Notes: generated from the letters alone by a model not told the origin. 64,000 nt of DNA from an uncultured virus (IMG/VR IMGVR_UViG_3300020409_000013) (IMGVR_UViG_3300020409_000013), one strand, 5' to 3'. Positions 9,627 to 18,728 are shown, counted from the first letter of the stretch. Program-made: numbers and translations.

Positions 9627-10458
9627 ATTCCAGAAACCTTGGATAAGATTTTATTCAATGGATGCAGGAGTTGCCGAATTTTTCCCACTATACCCATCAC
9701 AAAAGTTGAAACGTCAATGGCGAATCAATACATTAAAAGAGCAATACCAAAACAAGAGTGATTGCCCTGTATTGGCACTAAAAGAGACATTCGACAACCT
9801 AAAAATGAAAGACAATGGTATCAAGGAGCATGCAGCCACATGCCCTGCTATCACTGCGATCATGGATAGTGGATGGATTTTGCCTGCACCTGCCGACTTT
9901 GCAATTAGACCAGACCCAGAGAAAGGCACATTTCAATGGGTGACACGTCAGTTGTTTGTTGGTGGTAAGTATGTCACGTCTCACATTGAGAGACAGACTG
10001 ATGGTATGCGTGATCTAGTTAATAAAGCACAACCTACCTTAGGGCAGGTAGTTAAACTAGAGACCCCTTGGAGGGTCATGGCACACCCTGATATTGTGAT
10101 TTTGCAGATCCCAGTATCATATAGTGATGACAAACGATTTAGTGCACCAACAGGGATCGTAGATCCGTCATACTCATATGAGATCAATGTGCAACTGTTT
10201 TGGCATGCAATGGAGGGAGACCACATTGTTGAAGCAGGGACACCATTGTGTCAATGGATTCCCATCCCACGCAAGTGGTTAGACACAAAAGAGTTTAATG
10301 TCATCATCGAAACTGCAAACGATGAGGACTACAAAGCGGAAAGAATGATGGATTATCTCAAAACTAAATCGTTTATTGAGAATACCAAATTAAATGACCG
10401 TATTAAAGATCACATGAAGATTAACTCACTAAATAAAAACCTAGAGAGGTTCGATTAA
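9592..10458 (+). CDS. DUF6065-like conserved protein (start possibly 9604)
   Basis: 'CPAITAIMDSGWILPAPADF' and 'AGTPLCQWIPIPR' motifs, recognised from memory as a family common beside phage oxygenases. Confidence 0.5.
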   Translation: MVRTMWKKIKGKFQKPWIRFYSMDAGVAEFFPLYPSQKLKRQWRINTLKEQYQNKSDCPVLALKETFDNLKMKDNGIKEHAATCPAITAIMDSGWILPAPADFAIRPDPEKGTFQWVTRQLFVGGKYVTSHIERQTDGMRDLVNKAQPTLGQVVKLETPWRVMAHPDIVILQIPVSYSDDKRFSAPTGIVDPSYSYEINVQLFWHAMEGDHIVEAGTPLCQWIPIPRKWLDTKEFNVIIETANDEDYKAERMMDYLKTKSFIENTKLNDRIKDHMKINSLNKNLERFD

Positions 10459-10826
10459 TGGAAGCAAACAATCTCAGTAGTCAAACTACCGAAGAAATTA
10501 AAATTGACGAGTTGGCAGGTGTCTCTCGTGAAGAAGAGCGTGGCATTATGTGTGATGAGGATGGTAATCCTGTTAAACTCACCTTTGACCAGCTAGTGCA
10601 AGACTTTTGCGATCAGCATAAGGAAGCAACTGAAGAGTATCAGAAAATGAGCGAAGCACTAGACAATATGTCTTACTCATCTACTGTTACTCGTGTATCT
10701 CTTGAAGGACTACAAGAGAAGAAAGATAAACTTAATAAACTGCAAGGAGCGGTAGAGGCACTCTATCTCTATAAAATGCATGTTGACCCTAATGTAACTG
10801 ACAAGGAATTTACCTTTGAGGATTAA
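10458..10826 (+). CDS. Hypothetical acidic coiled-coil protein
   Basis: 122-aa ORF, TAATG-coupled, heptad-like 'LQEKKDKLNKLQGAVEAL'. TAAATA at 10430. Confidence 0.6.
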   Translation: MEANNLSSQTTEEIKIDELAGVSREEERGIMCDEDGNPVKLTFDQLVQDFCDQHKEATEEYQKMSEALDNMSYSSTVTRVSLEGLQEKKDKLNKLQGAVEALYLYKMHVDPNVTDKEFTFED

Positions 10827-11507
10827 ATGATTAAATGTGATTATTGGTTTCCTCGTGGCATTTGGCACAAGGAAAATTGTGGACTAGATACTGATCATTT
10901 TAACGAATTTGCTACGGTGCATCGTGGAGCGATGTCAGGTAGAAAAGCATCTAACGAAGGTGGTTTCCAGTCAAATGACTGGGGTAGTGAAAGAATGCAT
11001 ACCATACCACCATTGAAATATCTCTCAGAGCAAATCTATGAGGTTGTTGATGTAGCGTGCCAAGATCTAGGTTTTAGAGATTACGCTATGTTGATAACAA
11101 ATGGTTGGTTAAACATAAATGGGCCTGGTGATCTCAATCATGTGCATTCACATCCTGGTGCAATGTTTGGTGGAGTATATTACTCAAAAGTGCCCGAGAA
11201 GTCAGGTGACATCGTGTTTATGCGTCCTTTTGATGAGTTGCATAAGTTTAAATCATGGGGTGTAGGACATAACTATCAACATGGTTTGAATCCACTCAAC
11301 TATGAGATTGCATCATACAAACCTGAGGTCGATCAGTTGATTATTTTTCCTGCAGACATGCTACATCAAGTAGAACCAAACAAAAGTAGTGAGGAAAGAA
11401 TCTCTTACTCATTCAACGTGACACTATACTCACAGCATATTAATTATGGTAGTATCCAGAAGTCTATCGAATCTATTAACGACAACCTATCTGAATCGAC
11501 TGACTGA
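10827..11507 (+). CDS. TIGR02466-like putative Fe(II)/2OG oxygenase
   Basis: 'WLNINGPGDLNHVHSHP...GVYY...IIFPADMLHQV...RISYSFN' (HxH...H triad). Confidence 0.8.
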   Translation: MIKCDYWFPRGIWHKENCGLDTDHFNEFATVHRGAMSGRKASNEGGFQSNDWGSERMHTIPPLKYLSEQIYEVVDVACQDLGFRDYAMLITNGWLNINGPGDLNHVHSHPGAMFGGVYYSKVPEKSGDIVFMRPFDELHKFKSWGVGHNYQHGLNPLNYEIASYKPEVDQLIIFPADMLHQVEPNKSSEERISYSFNVTLYSQHINYGSIQKSIESINDNLSESTD

Positions 11508-12120
11508 TACAATGACATCAAGGGGTTTCCCTTGGTATTTTCTACCACATGACGTAACGTTTGGTAGTGGTTATAATTATCAATTTGGTAATATTAATCT
11601 CAATACTGATGATGTTGATCTAAAGTCAGAACCTAAACGCACAAGTGTTGGATGGACACATGTGTTGTTTCATGATGGACAACCAGTCTCACAATATTAT
11701 GATCTCTTTATTCCTATTGTAGATCATATACAGGACAGGTTAGGACGTGGGACATTTGAGTTGTTTAGACTCAGGTTAGCAATGCTACATCATAATCATT
11801 TTGTGGAGGATTTCAACACACCACACACAGATCATGACAGTAAGCATATGACTGGTATATATTATTTCCACGATAGTGATGGAGATACTATTCTATTCGA
11901 TCAATGTGATGACCCAAATGGTGATGTCAATAGACGTATCAATGAGATATTCACACAGGATTACACGATAGCAGAGAGAGTCAAACCAGAGAAGAATAAG
12001 TTTGTATTGTTTGATGGTAATAGATTTCATGCATCATCTAATCCTAAGATCAATCAGTATAGAATCGTGTTAAATTTTAATTTCCGAGGGATGCCTGATG
12101 ACATTCTTACTTCCCCTTAA
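11446..12120 (+). CDS. Fe(II)/2OG oxygenase (prolyl-hydroxylase-like fold)
   Basis: 'PHTDHD...IYYFHDSDGDT...FDGNRFHASS...RIVLNFN' (HxD...H...R). Confidence 0.8.
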   Translation: MVVSRSLSNLLTTTYLNRLTDTMTSRGFPWYFLPHDVTFGSGYNYQFGNINLNTDDVDLKSEPKRTSVGWTHVLFHDGQPVSQYYDLFIPIVDHIQDRLGRGTFELFRLRLAMLHHNHFVEDFNTPHTDHDSKHMTGIYYFHDSDGDTILFDQCDDPNGDVNRRINEIFTQDYTIAERVKPEKNKFVLFDGNRFHASSNPKINQYRIVLNFNFRGMPDDILTSP

Positions 12121-12820
12121 ACTATTTGATAGAAACTGGGATCTCGATGTGCCATATTATTATGAGCAAGTCATCGATGAGAAAGAGTGCAATGACATAT
12201 GCTCATGGAAAGATGTCGAATATTGCCTTAATATGCCACAATTTTTCGATATCGATGTTGTAAGTAAACATGAGATAAGAAAGATAAACCCACATAAACA
12301 TCCACGCTCATGGTCACCACATGCATGGGAAGAAAAGAGCGAGTTGTTTCAACTATTCAGAGAGGGACATACATTTATCATTAACAACTATTCTTACAGA
12401 AGTGAGAAGGTCATGAAGATGGTAGGTGAGTGGTCACAAATATTCTCAGGTGATAGTCAGTTTCAAATATATTGTGGTAAAGGCAAGTCAAATAGTTTCT
12501 ATATACATGAGGACTTGCCTAATAATTTCATCGTGCAATTAAAAGGCAAGACACATTGGAAAGTATATAATGAAAGAAGGGCAACGTTTGTCGCACAGGG
12601 AGATCCTGGCGATGCTATGATAGACTATGATAGTTTCACACCTGCTATAGATGTTGTGCTAAATGCAGGTGATGCCCTATACATCCCACCAAGATGTTAT
12701 CATCAAGCACAACCGTCAGAAGAGAGAATATCCTTGAGTATTCCAGTACATCATTATTCTTTATATCATGCTCACAGCATTACCAGACCAGTCGATTGGC
12801 GATGGTTTAGAATCAGTTAA
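12098..12820 (+). CDS. JmjC/cupin-4-like (ROX-type) oxygenase
   Basis: 'FYIHED...NFIVQLKGKTHWKVY...LNAGDALYIPPRCYHQA...RISLSI'. Confidence 0.8.
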   Translation: MTFLLPLKLFDRNWDLDVPYYYEQVIDEKECNDICSWKDVEYCLNMPQFFDIDVVSKHEIRKINPHKHPRSWSPHAWEEKSELFQLFREGHTFIINNYSYRSEKVMKMVGEWSQIFSGDSQFQIYCGKGKSNSFYIHEDLPNNFIVQLKGKTHWKVYNERRATFVAQGDPGDAMIDYDSFTPAIDVVLNAGDALYIPPRCYHQAQPSEERISLSIPVHHYSLYHAHSITRPVDWRWFRIS

Positions 12821-13478
12821 TCCTTATCCTTTTATCTTTAGATCACAGTATAATCTCTCAGATATATGGAAGGAGATTAAAAAGGAGACAGATATATTTC
12901 TAGACTTTATCGAGAGTCCAGAGTCTAACTATCTAAACTCAGCACTAGAAGAGGGTGGAGTATCGTCAGTTGGTAGATGCCGACATGACCCACCACACGG
13001 ATGGAAATGTTTTGATGACTTGACTAACAACCACATCCCTAGTGTTGTAGATAGGATATGGGATATGTGGTCACTTAAAGGTGTCTATCGTAATATGTCA
13101 GAGAGTTGGATTAATAGACATCCACCCAAGGCAACAACGTTAGAGCATCATCATCACAATGTGCAGGTGGGAGTTTGTGCATACTTAGATGTGCCAGAAG
13201 GTAGTGGTAACCTAGAAATTCTCAATCCTTTGCATACATTTAAGTATGCAGAACCTGTTGACGATGGTTATGAATTACCTAGAGAGGATCATTGGATCCA
13301 AATTCCAGTAAAGACAAATGATGTATTATATTTTCCTGGTTGGTTGAAGCATAGGACAGGCAGAAACAATAGTGATAGCAATAGATATGTGATGACTATG
13401 AATATCACAGCATATCAAATGACTAACATTGACAGAGGATATGATGAGTTTAACAACACCATTGGATTTATTGAATGA
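12768..13478 (+). CDS. TIGR02466-like putative Fe(II)/2OG oxygenase
   Basis: 'SWINRH...LEHHH...AYL...LYFPGWLKHRT...RYVMTMN'. Confidence 0.75.
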   Translation: MLTALPDQSIGDGLESVNPYPFIFRSQYNLSDIWKEIKKETDIFLDFIESPESNYLNSALEEGGVSSVGRCRHDPPHGWKCFDDLTNNHIPSVVDRIWDMWSLKGVYRNMSESWINRHPPKATTLEHHHHNVQVGVCAYLDVPEGSGNLEILNPLHTFKYAEPVDDGYELPREDHWIQIPVKTNDVLYFPGWLKHRTGRNNSDSNRYVMTMNITAYQMTNIDRGYDEFNNTIGFIE

Positions 13479-14191
13479 AGCACCCTCTAATTAAAATATA
13501 TGATACTGACATACTTGACGATGATATTTGTCGTCAAGCAATAGAGTTACCTTATTATCATGGCAGACAAGATTTGCCACAAACTAATCTTGAGAAAGTA
13601 GATCTTAGAGGGACATACTACACACATGATTTCTATAGTGTAGATCATCATGGAAGCAAACCTTTTGATCAATGCTCAGGACATCATCTATATCAATGGG
13701 TGTTAGACAGACTCGAAAATTGCTCACATGTGCCCGTGCCCCCACGGGAGACATTATACTCAGCATATATGAATGTGTTGAAACATGGTGATGCACCTAG
13801 AATCCATTGTGATGCACCATACTGGTGTGATAATCAATGCACTATGATTGTCTATATGAATCAGTTTTGGATACCTAACTATGGTGGAGAGACTATATTC
13901 TATGATCACGAGTTAGATATCGTCCACGCAGTAGTGCCAAAACCTGGCAGAGTGGTCATTTTCGATGGTAGAATCCCACACTCAGGACGCACACCCACAC
14001 CATATTTCTTGTGGAATAGATATATGATGGCATTCAAGTTTATGGGTATTGAGCAACGCAATGAATTGTTAGATGTTGCTAGTAAACTTAAGCACCCATA
14101 CACAGAGGATGATCTAGGAGTGGCAGGACTCAATCCTAAAAAGGTTAAAGAGTTGATGTATGAGCAAACGCTGTTATATTGGACAAAGTAA
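13475..14191 (+). CDS. Fe(II)/2OG oxygenase (2OG-FeII_Oxy_3-like)
   Basis: 'IHCD...YMN..W...YGGET.FY...PKPGRVVIFDGRIPHSG...RYMMAFK'. Confidence 0.85.
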   Translation: MKHPLIKIYDTDILDDDICRQAIELPYYHGRQDLPQTNLEKVDLRGTYYTHDFYSVDHHGSKPFDQCSGHHLYQWVLDRLENCSHVPVPPRETLYSAYMNVLKHGDAPRIHCDAPYWCDNQCTMIVYMNQFWIPNYGGETIFYDHELDIVHAVVPKPGRVVIFDGRIPHSGRTPTPYFLWNRYMMAFKFMGIEQRNELLDVASKLKHPYTEDDLGVAGLNPKKVKELMYEQTLLYWTK

Positions 14192-14223
14192 AAATGGTAT
14201 CGTTATAATAAATACAAATAACG

Positions 14224-14418
14224 ATGGAGATCAACGTGTTTGCAAAAGATGCTATACTAACTGATCAAGAGAAGAATCTCGTTAGAAAGTGTTTATTCCT
14301 CTACCAGTCTAAGATGTGGAGAGAATACAATGGTGTTTCAACTGTTGACCGTGATACTATCTCTCAAATTATTGACAAGTTACACTTGAAACATGACTAT
14401 CCCACTTATCATAAGTAA
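14224..14418 (+). CDS. Hypothetical protein
   Basis: 64-aa ORF preceded by TATAAT at 14204. Confidence 0.55.
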   Translation: MEINVFAKDAILTDQEKNLVRKCLFLYQSKMWREYNGVSTVDRDTISQIIDKLHLKHDYPTYHK

Positions 14419-14719
14419 TGCAGATAGGGTTGAATTACGAAACATTATGAAACACCTAGAAGTTGGACGCAAAGCAAAGTATGATGGTCTAGAAGGCACT
14501 ATCGAATTTGTTAGTGATGACTACATCACTATTTGTGTATCCACTAAACCTAATCCCGAAGGGTCACGACAACCTATGAATAAGTGTTGTATTTGTGTGT
14601 ATCCAAATGAGTGGGGTAATGTTGAAGTAGAAGCAATTAAACAATATGGTAAATCATATAAAGGAAAGATAGATGATCATCCTGGAAATGATATGTTACC
14701 AGAGGTTGACAAGAGATAA
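14393..14719 (+). CDS. Hypothetical protein (SH3-like beta fold possible)
   Basis: 'GRKAKYDGLEGTIEFVSDDYITICV'. Overlaps the upstream ORF. Confidence 0.55.
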   Translation: MTIPLIISNADRVELRNIMKHLEVGRKAKYDGLEGTIEFVSDDYITICVSTKPNPEGSRQPMNKCCICVYPNEWGNVEVEAIKQYGKSYKGKIDDHPGNDMLPEVDKR

Positions 14720-14733
14720 TTATATGCTATTAT
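14706..14733 (+). promoter_or_regulatory. sigma70-type promoter
   Basis: TTGACA (14706-11), 16 nt spacer, TGc-TATTAT (14728-33). Confidence 0.65.
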
Positions 14734-14737
14734 ATTA

Positions 14738-14780
14738 GAGGCGAAACAACATTCTTTATTATGTTTGTTTCGTCCCACCA
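14738..14780 (+). ncRNA. Candidate small hairpin RNA ending in ACCA
   Basis: GAGGCGAAACAACAT-tctttatt-ATGTTTGTTTCGTCCC-ACCA forms a long imperfect stem directly downstream of the promoter. Confidence 0.35.
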
Positions 14781-14781
14781 T

Positions 14782-14838
14782 TGTGACAATCGAATAACTG
14801 ACCTAGGGGTGCACAGCACCCCATTTTTATGTTATAAT
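14782..14838 (+). promoter_or_regulatory. Early promoter element copy 1 (degenerate palindrome + TATAAT)
   Basis: TGTGACA-N10-TGACCTA, with TATAAT at 14833. Confidence 0.55.
14806..14828 (+). terminator. Putative intrinsic terminator hairpin
   Basis: GGGGTGC-aca-GCACCCC perfect 7-bp stem followed by ATTTTT. Confidence 0.5.
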
Positions 14839-14859
14839 ACGTCTAACGACACGAATACA

Positions 14860-16119
14860 TTGATCACACTTCGCCCACATCAGCAACGAGCACTCGATGC
14901 TATGAGCACAGCAGACAAGGGTCAGATCATCGTCCCAACAGGCGGTGGTAAGACATTTATTATGATACAGCATGCTAAGAAACTATTAGAGACACCTAAC
15001 ATGTATCTCAATAGACCTAAGCATATTGTTGTAGTAGCACCTCGTATCTTACTTGCTCAACAGTTGTGTGATGATTTCATGGAGCAAGTTAAAGGTCGTG
15101 TATGTCATGCTCACTCAGGTGAGACACATTATTACAGCACAACCAAGGCACTAGAGATTGCTAATTTTGTTGAGGGTTGCCGTGCTCTACATGAGAATGC
15201 AATTATATTTACAACATATCATTCACTACATCGTGTATTGGAGTCTGATATTCCTATTGATGCTATCTATTTTGATGAAGCACACAATAGTGTAACACGT
15301 CAGTTTTTCCCTAAAGCAATGGAGTCAAGTAAAGTTGCAGATAAATGTTATTTTTTCACAGCGACACCACGCACAGCAAGAAAGAATGAAGGCATTCATA
15401 CTAGAGGTATGAATAACAAATTTGTTTATGGTGATGTATTGGAGTCAGTCCCTGCACCAGAATTGATCGCTAACGGTAGTATTGTGTCACCTACTATCGT
15501 CCCATTTACTACTGAAATGGATTTGGATAGAGACACAATGCATGAGACACAAACAAGGACAGTTATCAATGTGCTAGACACACTTGATGAGGAGTCAGCA
15601 TCTAAGGTGTTGATCGCAGTCCCATCTAGTCGTATCCTCGGCAACATGATCGGTCACACTACTCTATTGTCTCAGTTGAGACTCAGAGGTTATGACTATC
15701 TACATGTCACATCTAAATATGGTGCATATATTAATGACAAGAAAGTAAACAGAGAAGAGTTTATGACAACTCTATCTGAGTGGGGTAAGGATAACAGCAA
15801 GAAATTTGTTGTTATGCACTATTCTATTCTATCTGAGGGTATCAACGTCCACGGTCTGACCCATTGCATTCTATTGAGAAATCTCAATGTTGTATCAATG
15901 GCACAAACTATTGGTCGTGTGATTCGTATGCATAAGGATGACACTAAAGCGATCGCTGAAGGTCGTATTCCTGCAGGTGCATGTCAGTTTTATAGAAAAC
16001 CAACTGGTTACTTGACCGTCCCTATCCATAACAATTATGGTAATGCAGTTGTCAAGAGACTACAGAGAGTAGTCGATGAGATTTTTGTAAAGGGTGTTGC
16101 ACCCACATCTATTGTTTAA
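14860..16119 (+). CDS. SF2 DEAD/DEAH-box helicase (type III restriction Res-like); likely TTG start at 14860
   Basis: 'LRPHQ' Q motif, 'PTGGGKT' Walker A, 'DEAH', 'TATP', 'LSEGINV', 'QTIGRVIR'. The 14761 start would lie upstream of its own promoter. Confidence 0.85.
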   Translation: MITLRPHQQRALDAMSTADKGQIIVPTGGGKTFIMIQHAKKLLETPNMYLNRPKHIVVVAPRILLAQQLCDDFMEQVKGRVCHAHSGETHYYSTTKALEIANFVEGCRALHENAIIFTTYHSLHRVLESDIPIDAIYFDEAHNSVTRQFFPKAMESSKVADKCYFFTATPRTARKNEGIHTRGMNNKFVYGDVLESVPAPELIANGSIVSPTIVPFTTEMDLDRDTMHETQTRTVINVLDTLDEESASKVLIAVPSSRILGNMIGHTTLLSQLRLRGYDYLHVTSKYGAYINDKKVNREEFMTTLSEWGKDNSKKFVVMHYSILSEGINVHGLTHCILLRNLNVVSMAQTIGRVIRMHKDDTKAIAEGRIPAGACQFYRKPTGYLTVPIHNNYGNAVVKRLQRVVDEIFVKGVAPTSIV

Positions 16120-16121
16120 TT

Positions 16122-16280
16122 ATGAAAAGGTATCAAATCAAATCTAAATGGTATTACATTTTTTGGGGTGTTGCAACTCTTAGTGTTGTAGCAGGTCAGA
16201 TCTATGTTGGTAGTGGTTACAGGCATATGAGTAGGACACTTGAGAAACTGACCACTACATTGCACTACCGTCTTTATTGA
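16122..16280 (+). CDS. Small predicted membrane protein (52 aa)
   Basis: MKRYQIKSKWYYIFWGVATLSVVAGQIYVGSGYRHMS...; not in the ORF track. Confidence 0.5.
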   Translation: MKRYQIKSKWYYIFWGVATLSVVAGQIYVGSGYRHMSRTLEKLTTTLHYRLY

Positions 16281-16289
16281 CGCTATAAT
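16232..16289 (+). promoter_or_regulatory. Early promoter element copy 2
   Basis: TAGGACA-N10-TGACCAC, CACTACCGT at 16263, TATAAT at 16284. Confidence 0.6.
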
Positions 16290-16310
16290 AAGATCAATCA
16301 GACAAATACA

Positions 16311-16931
16311 ATGAAACTCAGACCCCAAGCAGACAACATCCAACTCGCTGAAGCACTCAAGCGTATCGTCCCTAAAGCAGTCAAGTTGACTTCAGACCGT
16401 GTTGCTAAAGCACTACACATTTGTAGTGGTGGTAAAAAGTCTAACCTAGATACATTCTTTGGTGAGGACAATACAGTTGACAAAACTAAATTTCTTGCAA
16501 ACATCTTTAACCCTGCTCTTGAGGACTCAGCAGTAGATTTGGGTGTTGATTACATTAGTGAGGAGACAGTTGGTTACGATGCTCTACTCTTAGAGCAAGA
16601 GATCGAAAACAAAATGTCACTCGGTAGTAGCACATCATCATTCGCTACTGGTAACAATCACAGTAAGACCAAGGTTGATAAGATCTTTTGTGTTAAGTTG
16701 ACACAAAAAGAGAATGGATTTCCTGAGGTGTTTGCATGTCTAGTTGACTTGTCACTTGCTATGAATCCTGCTACTGGTTGGACTGACTCAGTTACTAAGA
16801 CTGGTAAAAACAACAACGGATTTTCTACTCTTAGAGTGCACAATGAAGATCTTATTTGTATCACACCTATCTACGGTAGTGTAAGAAGGACACAGAAATT
16901 TATCCACACAGTTTATGAAACTATCGCTTAA
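16311..16931 (+). CDS. Putative PD-(D/E)xK nuclease (restriction-endonuclease-like)
   Basis: Helix 'IFNPALED' followed by 'GYDALLLEQEIENKMS' (D...E-x-K). Overlaps a DNA MTase gene. Confidence 0.45.
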   Translation: MKLRPQADNIQLAEALKRIVPKAVKLTSDRVAKALHICSGGKKSNLDTFFGEDNTVDKTKFLANIFNPALEDSAVDLGVDYISEETVGYDALLLEQEIENKMSLGSSTSSFATGNNHSKTKVDKIFCVKLTQKENGFPEVFACLVDLSLAMNPATGWTDSVTKTGKNNNGFSTLRVHNEDLICITPIYGSVRRTQKFIHTVYETIA

Positions 16932-17757
16932 TGATACCTATCACATGAGTTGTATCGATGGTATGCAACTCATGGATAAAGAAAGTGTTGATCTCGTCGT
17001 AACGTCACCGCCTTACGACGATTTACGCACATATAATGATAGTAGCAAGTGGGATTTTAATGTCTTTAAGGATGTTGCTACTGGTCTGGTCAGAGTGTTA
17101 AAGGAAGGTGGTGTAATAATGTGGAATGTAAACGATGCGACAATAAAAGGATCCGAGACTGGATCTAGTTTTCGTCAATGTTTACATTTTATGGATTTAG
17201 GGTTAAGACTTCACGACACAATGATATATGAGAAAACAGGCACAGCATTCGCTAGTGGAGTCAAGTCAGTAAGATATACTCAGGTATTTGAGTATTGTTT
17301 CATACTATCTAAAGGACGTCCCAAAACTATTAATCTTATTCAAGATAAGAAAAACAAGTGGGCAGGCATCACATCATGGGGTAATGCTACATCACGCAAA
17401 AAGGATGGCACTACACATGACCCTAATCGTAAGAGTAATGCGATTAAAGAGTGGGGAGTAAGGACAAACATATGGAGAATTAAAAATAGTGGTGGATTTG
17501 GACAATCGTCTAAAGCATCATATAAACATCCTGCTACAATGCCTGAGGAGTTGGCACGAGGTCACATTAAAACGTGGTCTAGTGTCAATGATGTAGTGCT
17601 AGACCCATTTATGGGTGCAGGCACTACCGCTCAGGTATCAGTAGAGGAGAATAGACAATTTATTGGTTTTGAGATCGATGAAACATATCATAAAATGTGC
17701 ATCGATAGACTCAGACCATTTAAAGACAACTTACTTACAAGACTAGACTATGCTTAA
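16915..17757 (+). CDS. Beta-class amino-DNA methyltransferase (N4-C/N6-A)
   Basis: 'VTSPPY' precedes 'HPATMP' and 'LDPFMGAGTT...FIGFEID'. Confidence 0.9.
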   Translation: MKLSLNDTYHMSCIDGMQLMDKESVDLVVTSPPYDDLRTYNDSSKWDFNVFKDVATGLVRVLKEGGVIMWNVNDATIKGSETGSSFRQCLHFMDLGLRLHDTMIYEKTGTAFASGVKSVRYTQVFEYCFILSKGRPKTINLIQDKKNKWAGITSWGNATSRKKDGTTHDPNRKSNAIKEWGVRTNIWRIKNSGGFGQSSKASYKHPATMPEELARGHIKTWSSVNDVVLDPFMGAGTTAQVSVEENRQFIGFEIDETYHKMCIDRLRPFKDNLLTRLDYA

Positions 17758-17968
17758 AAATAGAGCATTAGTTGTGCCTAAAAGTAATAAGGCACAACAG
17801 ATATTTACCAAATATCTCAACAATAAGAATGAGGTTATTGTTGAGCATATTAGAGGTAATAGGGTGTTTTGCTCAGCACCTGACTATCCTGACTTTTGGT
17901 TTTGGGTTGACCGACTAGAAGGTGGGGATGATAATTGGCAAATTCAATTACTTAATGATAGACTATGA
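17750..17968 (+). CDS. Hypothetical protein
   Basis: 72-aa ORF overlapping the MTase stop. Confidence 0.55.
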   Translation: MLKNRALVVPKSNKAQQIFTKYLNNKNEVIVEHIRGNRVFCSAPDYPDFWFWVDRLEGGDDNWQIQLLNDRL

Positions 17969-18171
17969 TCTCACTTCCTAATTACTTCACCGAGACCAGT
18001 AGTGCCCCATATGATAGGCATTGCTATAAGGTTATTTGCAAAGATAATTCCACTAAAGTGTTGGATTCATGGCAAGAAATCCAAGAGTTATGGTGGAATA
18101 AAAAGATTCTTATAGATAGAATTGAAGTAATTGATAGACCTAAATCTAAAGGAGGGAGTGGTTTTGGTTGA
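17965..18171 (+). CDS. Hypothetical protein
   Basis: 68 aa, ATGA-coupled, ending 'KGGSGFG'. Confidence 0.55.
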   Translation: MISLPNYFTETSSAPYDRHCYKVICKDNSTKVLDSWQEIQELWWNKKILIDRIEVIDRPKSKGGSGFG

Positions 18172-18706
18172 AGTTGTTAGTGGTCTTTTTCCTGACTGGA
18201 TGGTAGATAGTGTTGCCAACAGATTAGTTGAGTATCCTGTTAGATGGACTAATAGTCCTTATGCCTGCTATGAGAATGCACGATTCTTTGGCACTATGGT
18301 AGTGCAAGATGGTGTATTTGTGGGTAGTGAGGATGAATGGTTTATCAAATATTTTAATGCACTCATGGAGCATCGATTACATGCTAAAACTATGAGGACA
18401 CTATTGAATATGCAATTTGATAATATGCAGTCACAAATCCATAATGATGGTGACATGCCTAATCTTATCTCAGTTGTATATCATGCAGCTGGTGAATCAG
18501 GTGATACTGTATTCTACAATAATGCAAACGAAGAAATAGAGAGAGTGCCATTTCATATGGGACAAACTTTAATTTTCCCATCGCATATGTATCACATGGG
18601 ACTACCACCTGACGATGGCATACGAGTGTCACTCGGGTCAATCTATTGTATGACAGATCAAGTAGTGGCACAAGACCCTACCATACATAGGTTAAGTGCC
18701 ATATAA
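18131..18706 (+). CDS. Fe(II)/2OG oxygenase (start uncertain)
   Basis: 'IHND...SGDTVFY...IFPSHMYHMG...RVSLG'. Confidence 0.7.
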   Translation: MIDLNLKEGVVLVEVVSGLFPDWMVDSVANRLVEYPVRWTNSPYACYENARFFGTMVVQDGVFVGSEDEWFIKYFNALMEHRLHAKTMRTLLNMQFDNMQSQIHNDGDMPNLISVVYHAAGESGDTVFYNNANEEIERVPFHMGQTLIFPSHMYHMGLPPDDGIRVSLGSIYCMTDQVVAQDPTIHRLSAI

Positions 18707-18707
18707 T
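18649..18707 (+). promoter_or_regulatory. Early promoter element copy 3
   Basis: TATGACA-N10-TGGCACA, CCCTACC, TATAAT at 18702. Confidence 0.6.
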
Positions 18708-18728
18708 ATAGAGGTTAAACAAACACAC

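Noticed and set aside
14738..14780. A canonical tRNA gene
   Set aside because: Only 43 nt, with no D arm, anticodon arm or cloverleaf. Kept only as a candidate minihelix. No tRNA was recognised elsewhere in the window.
14761..14859. N-terminal extension of the helicase from ATG 14761
   Set aside because: It runs through the hairpins and the helicase's own promoter. TTG 14860, just before the Q motif, fits better.
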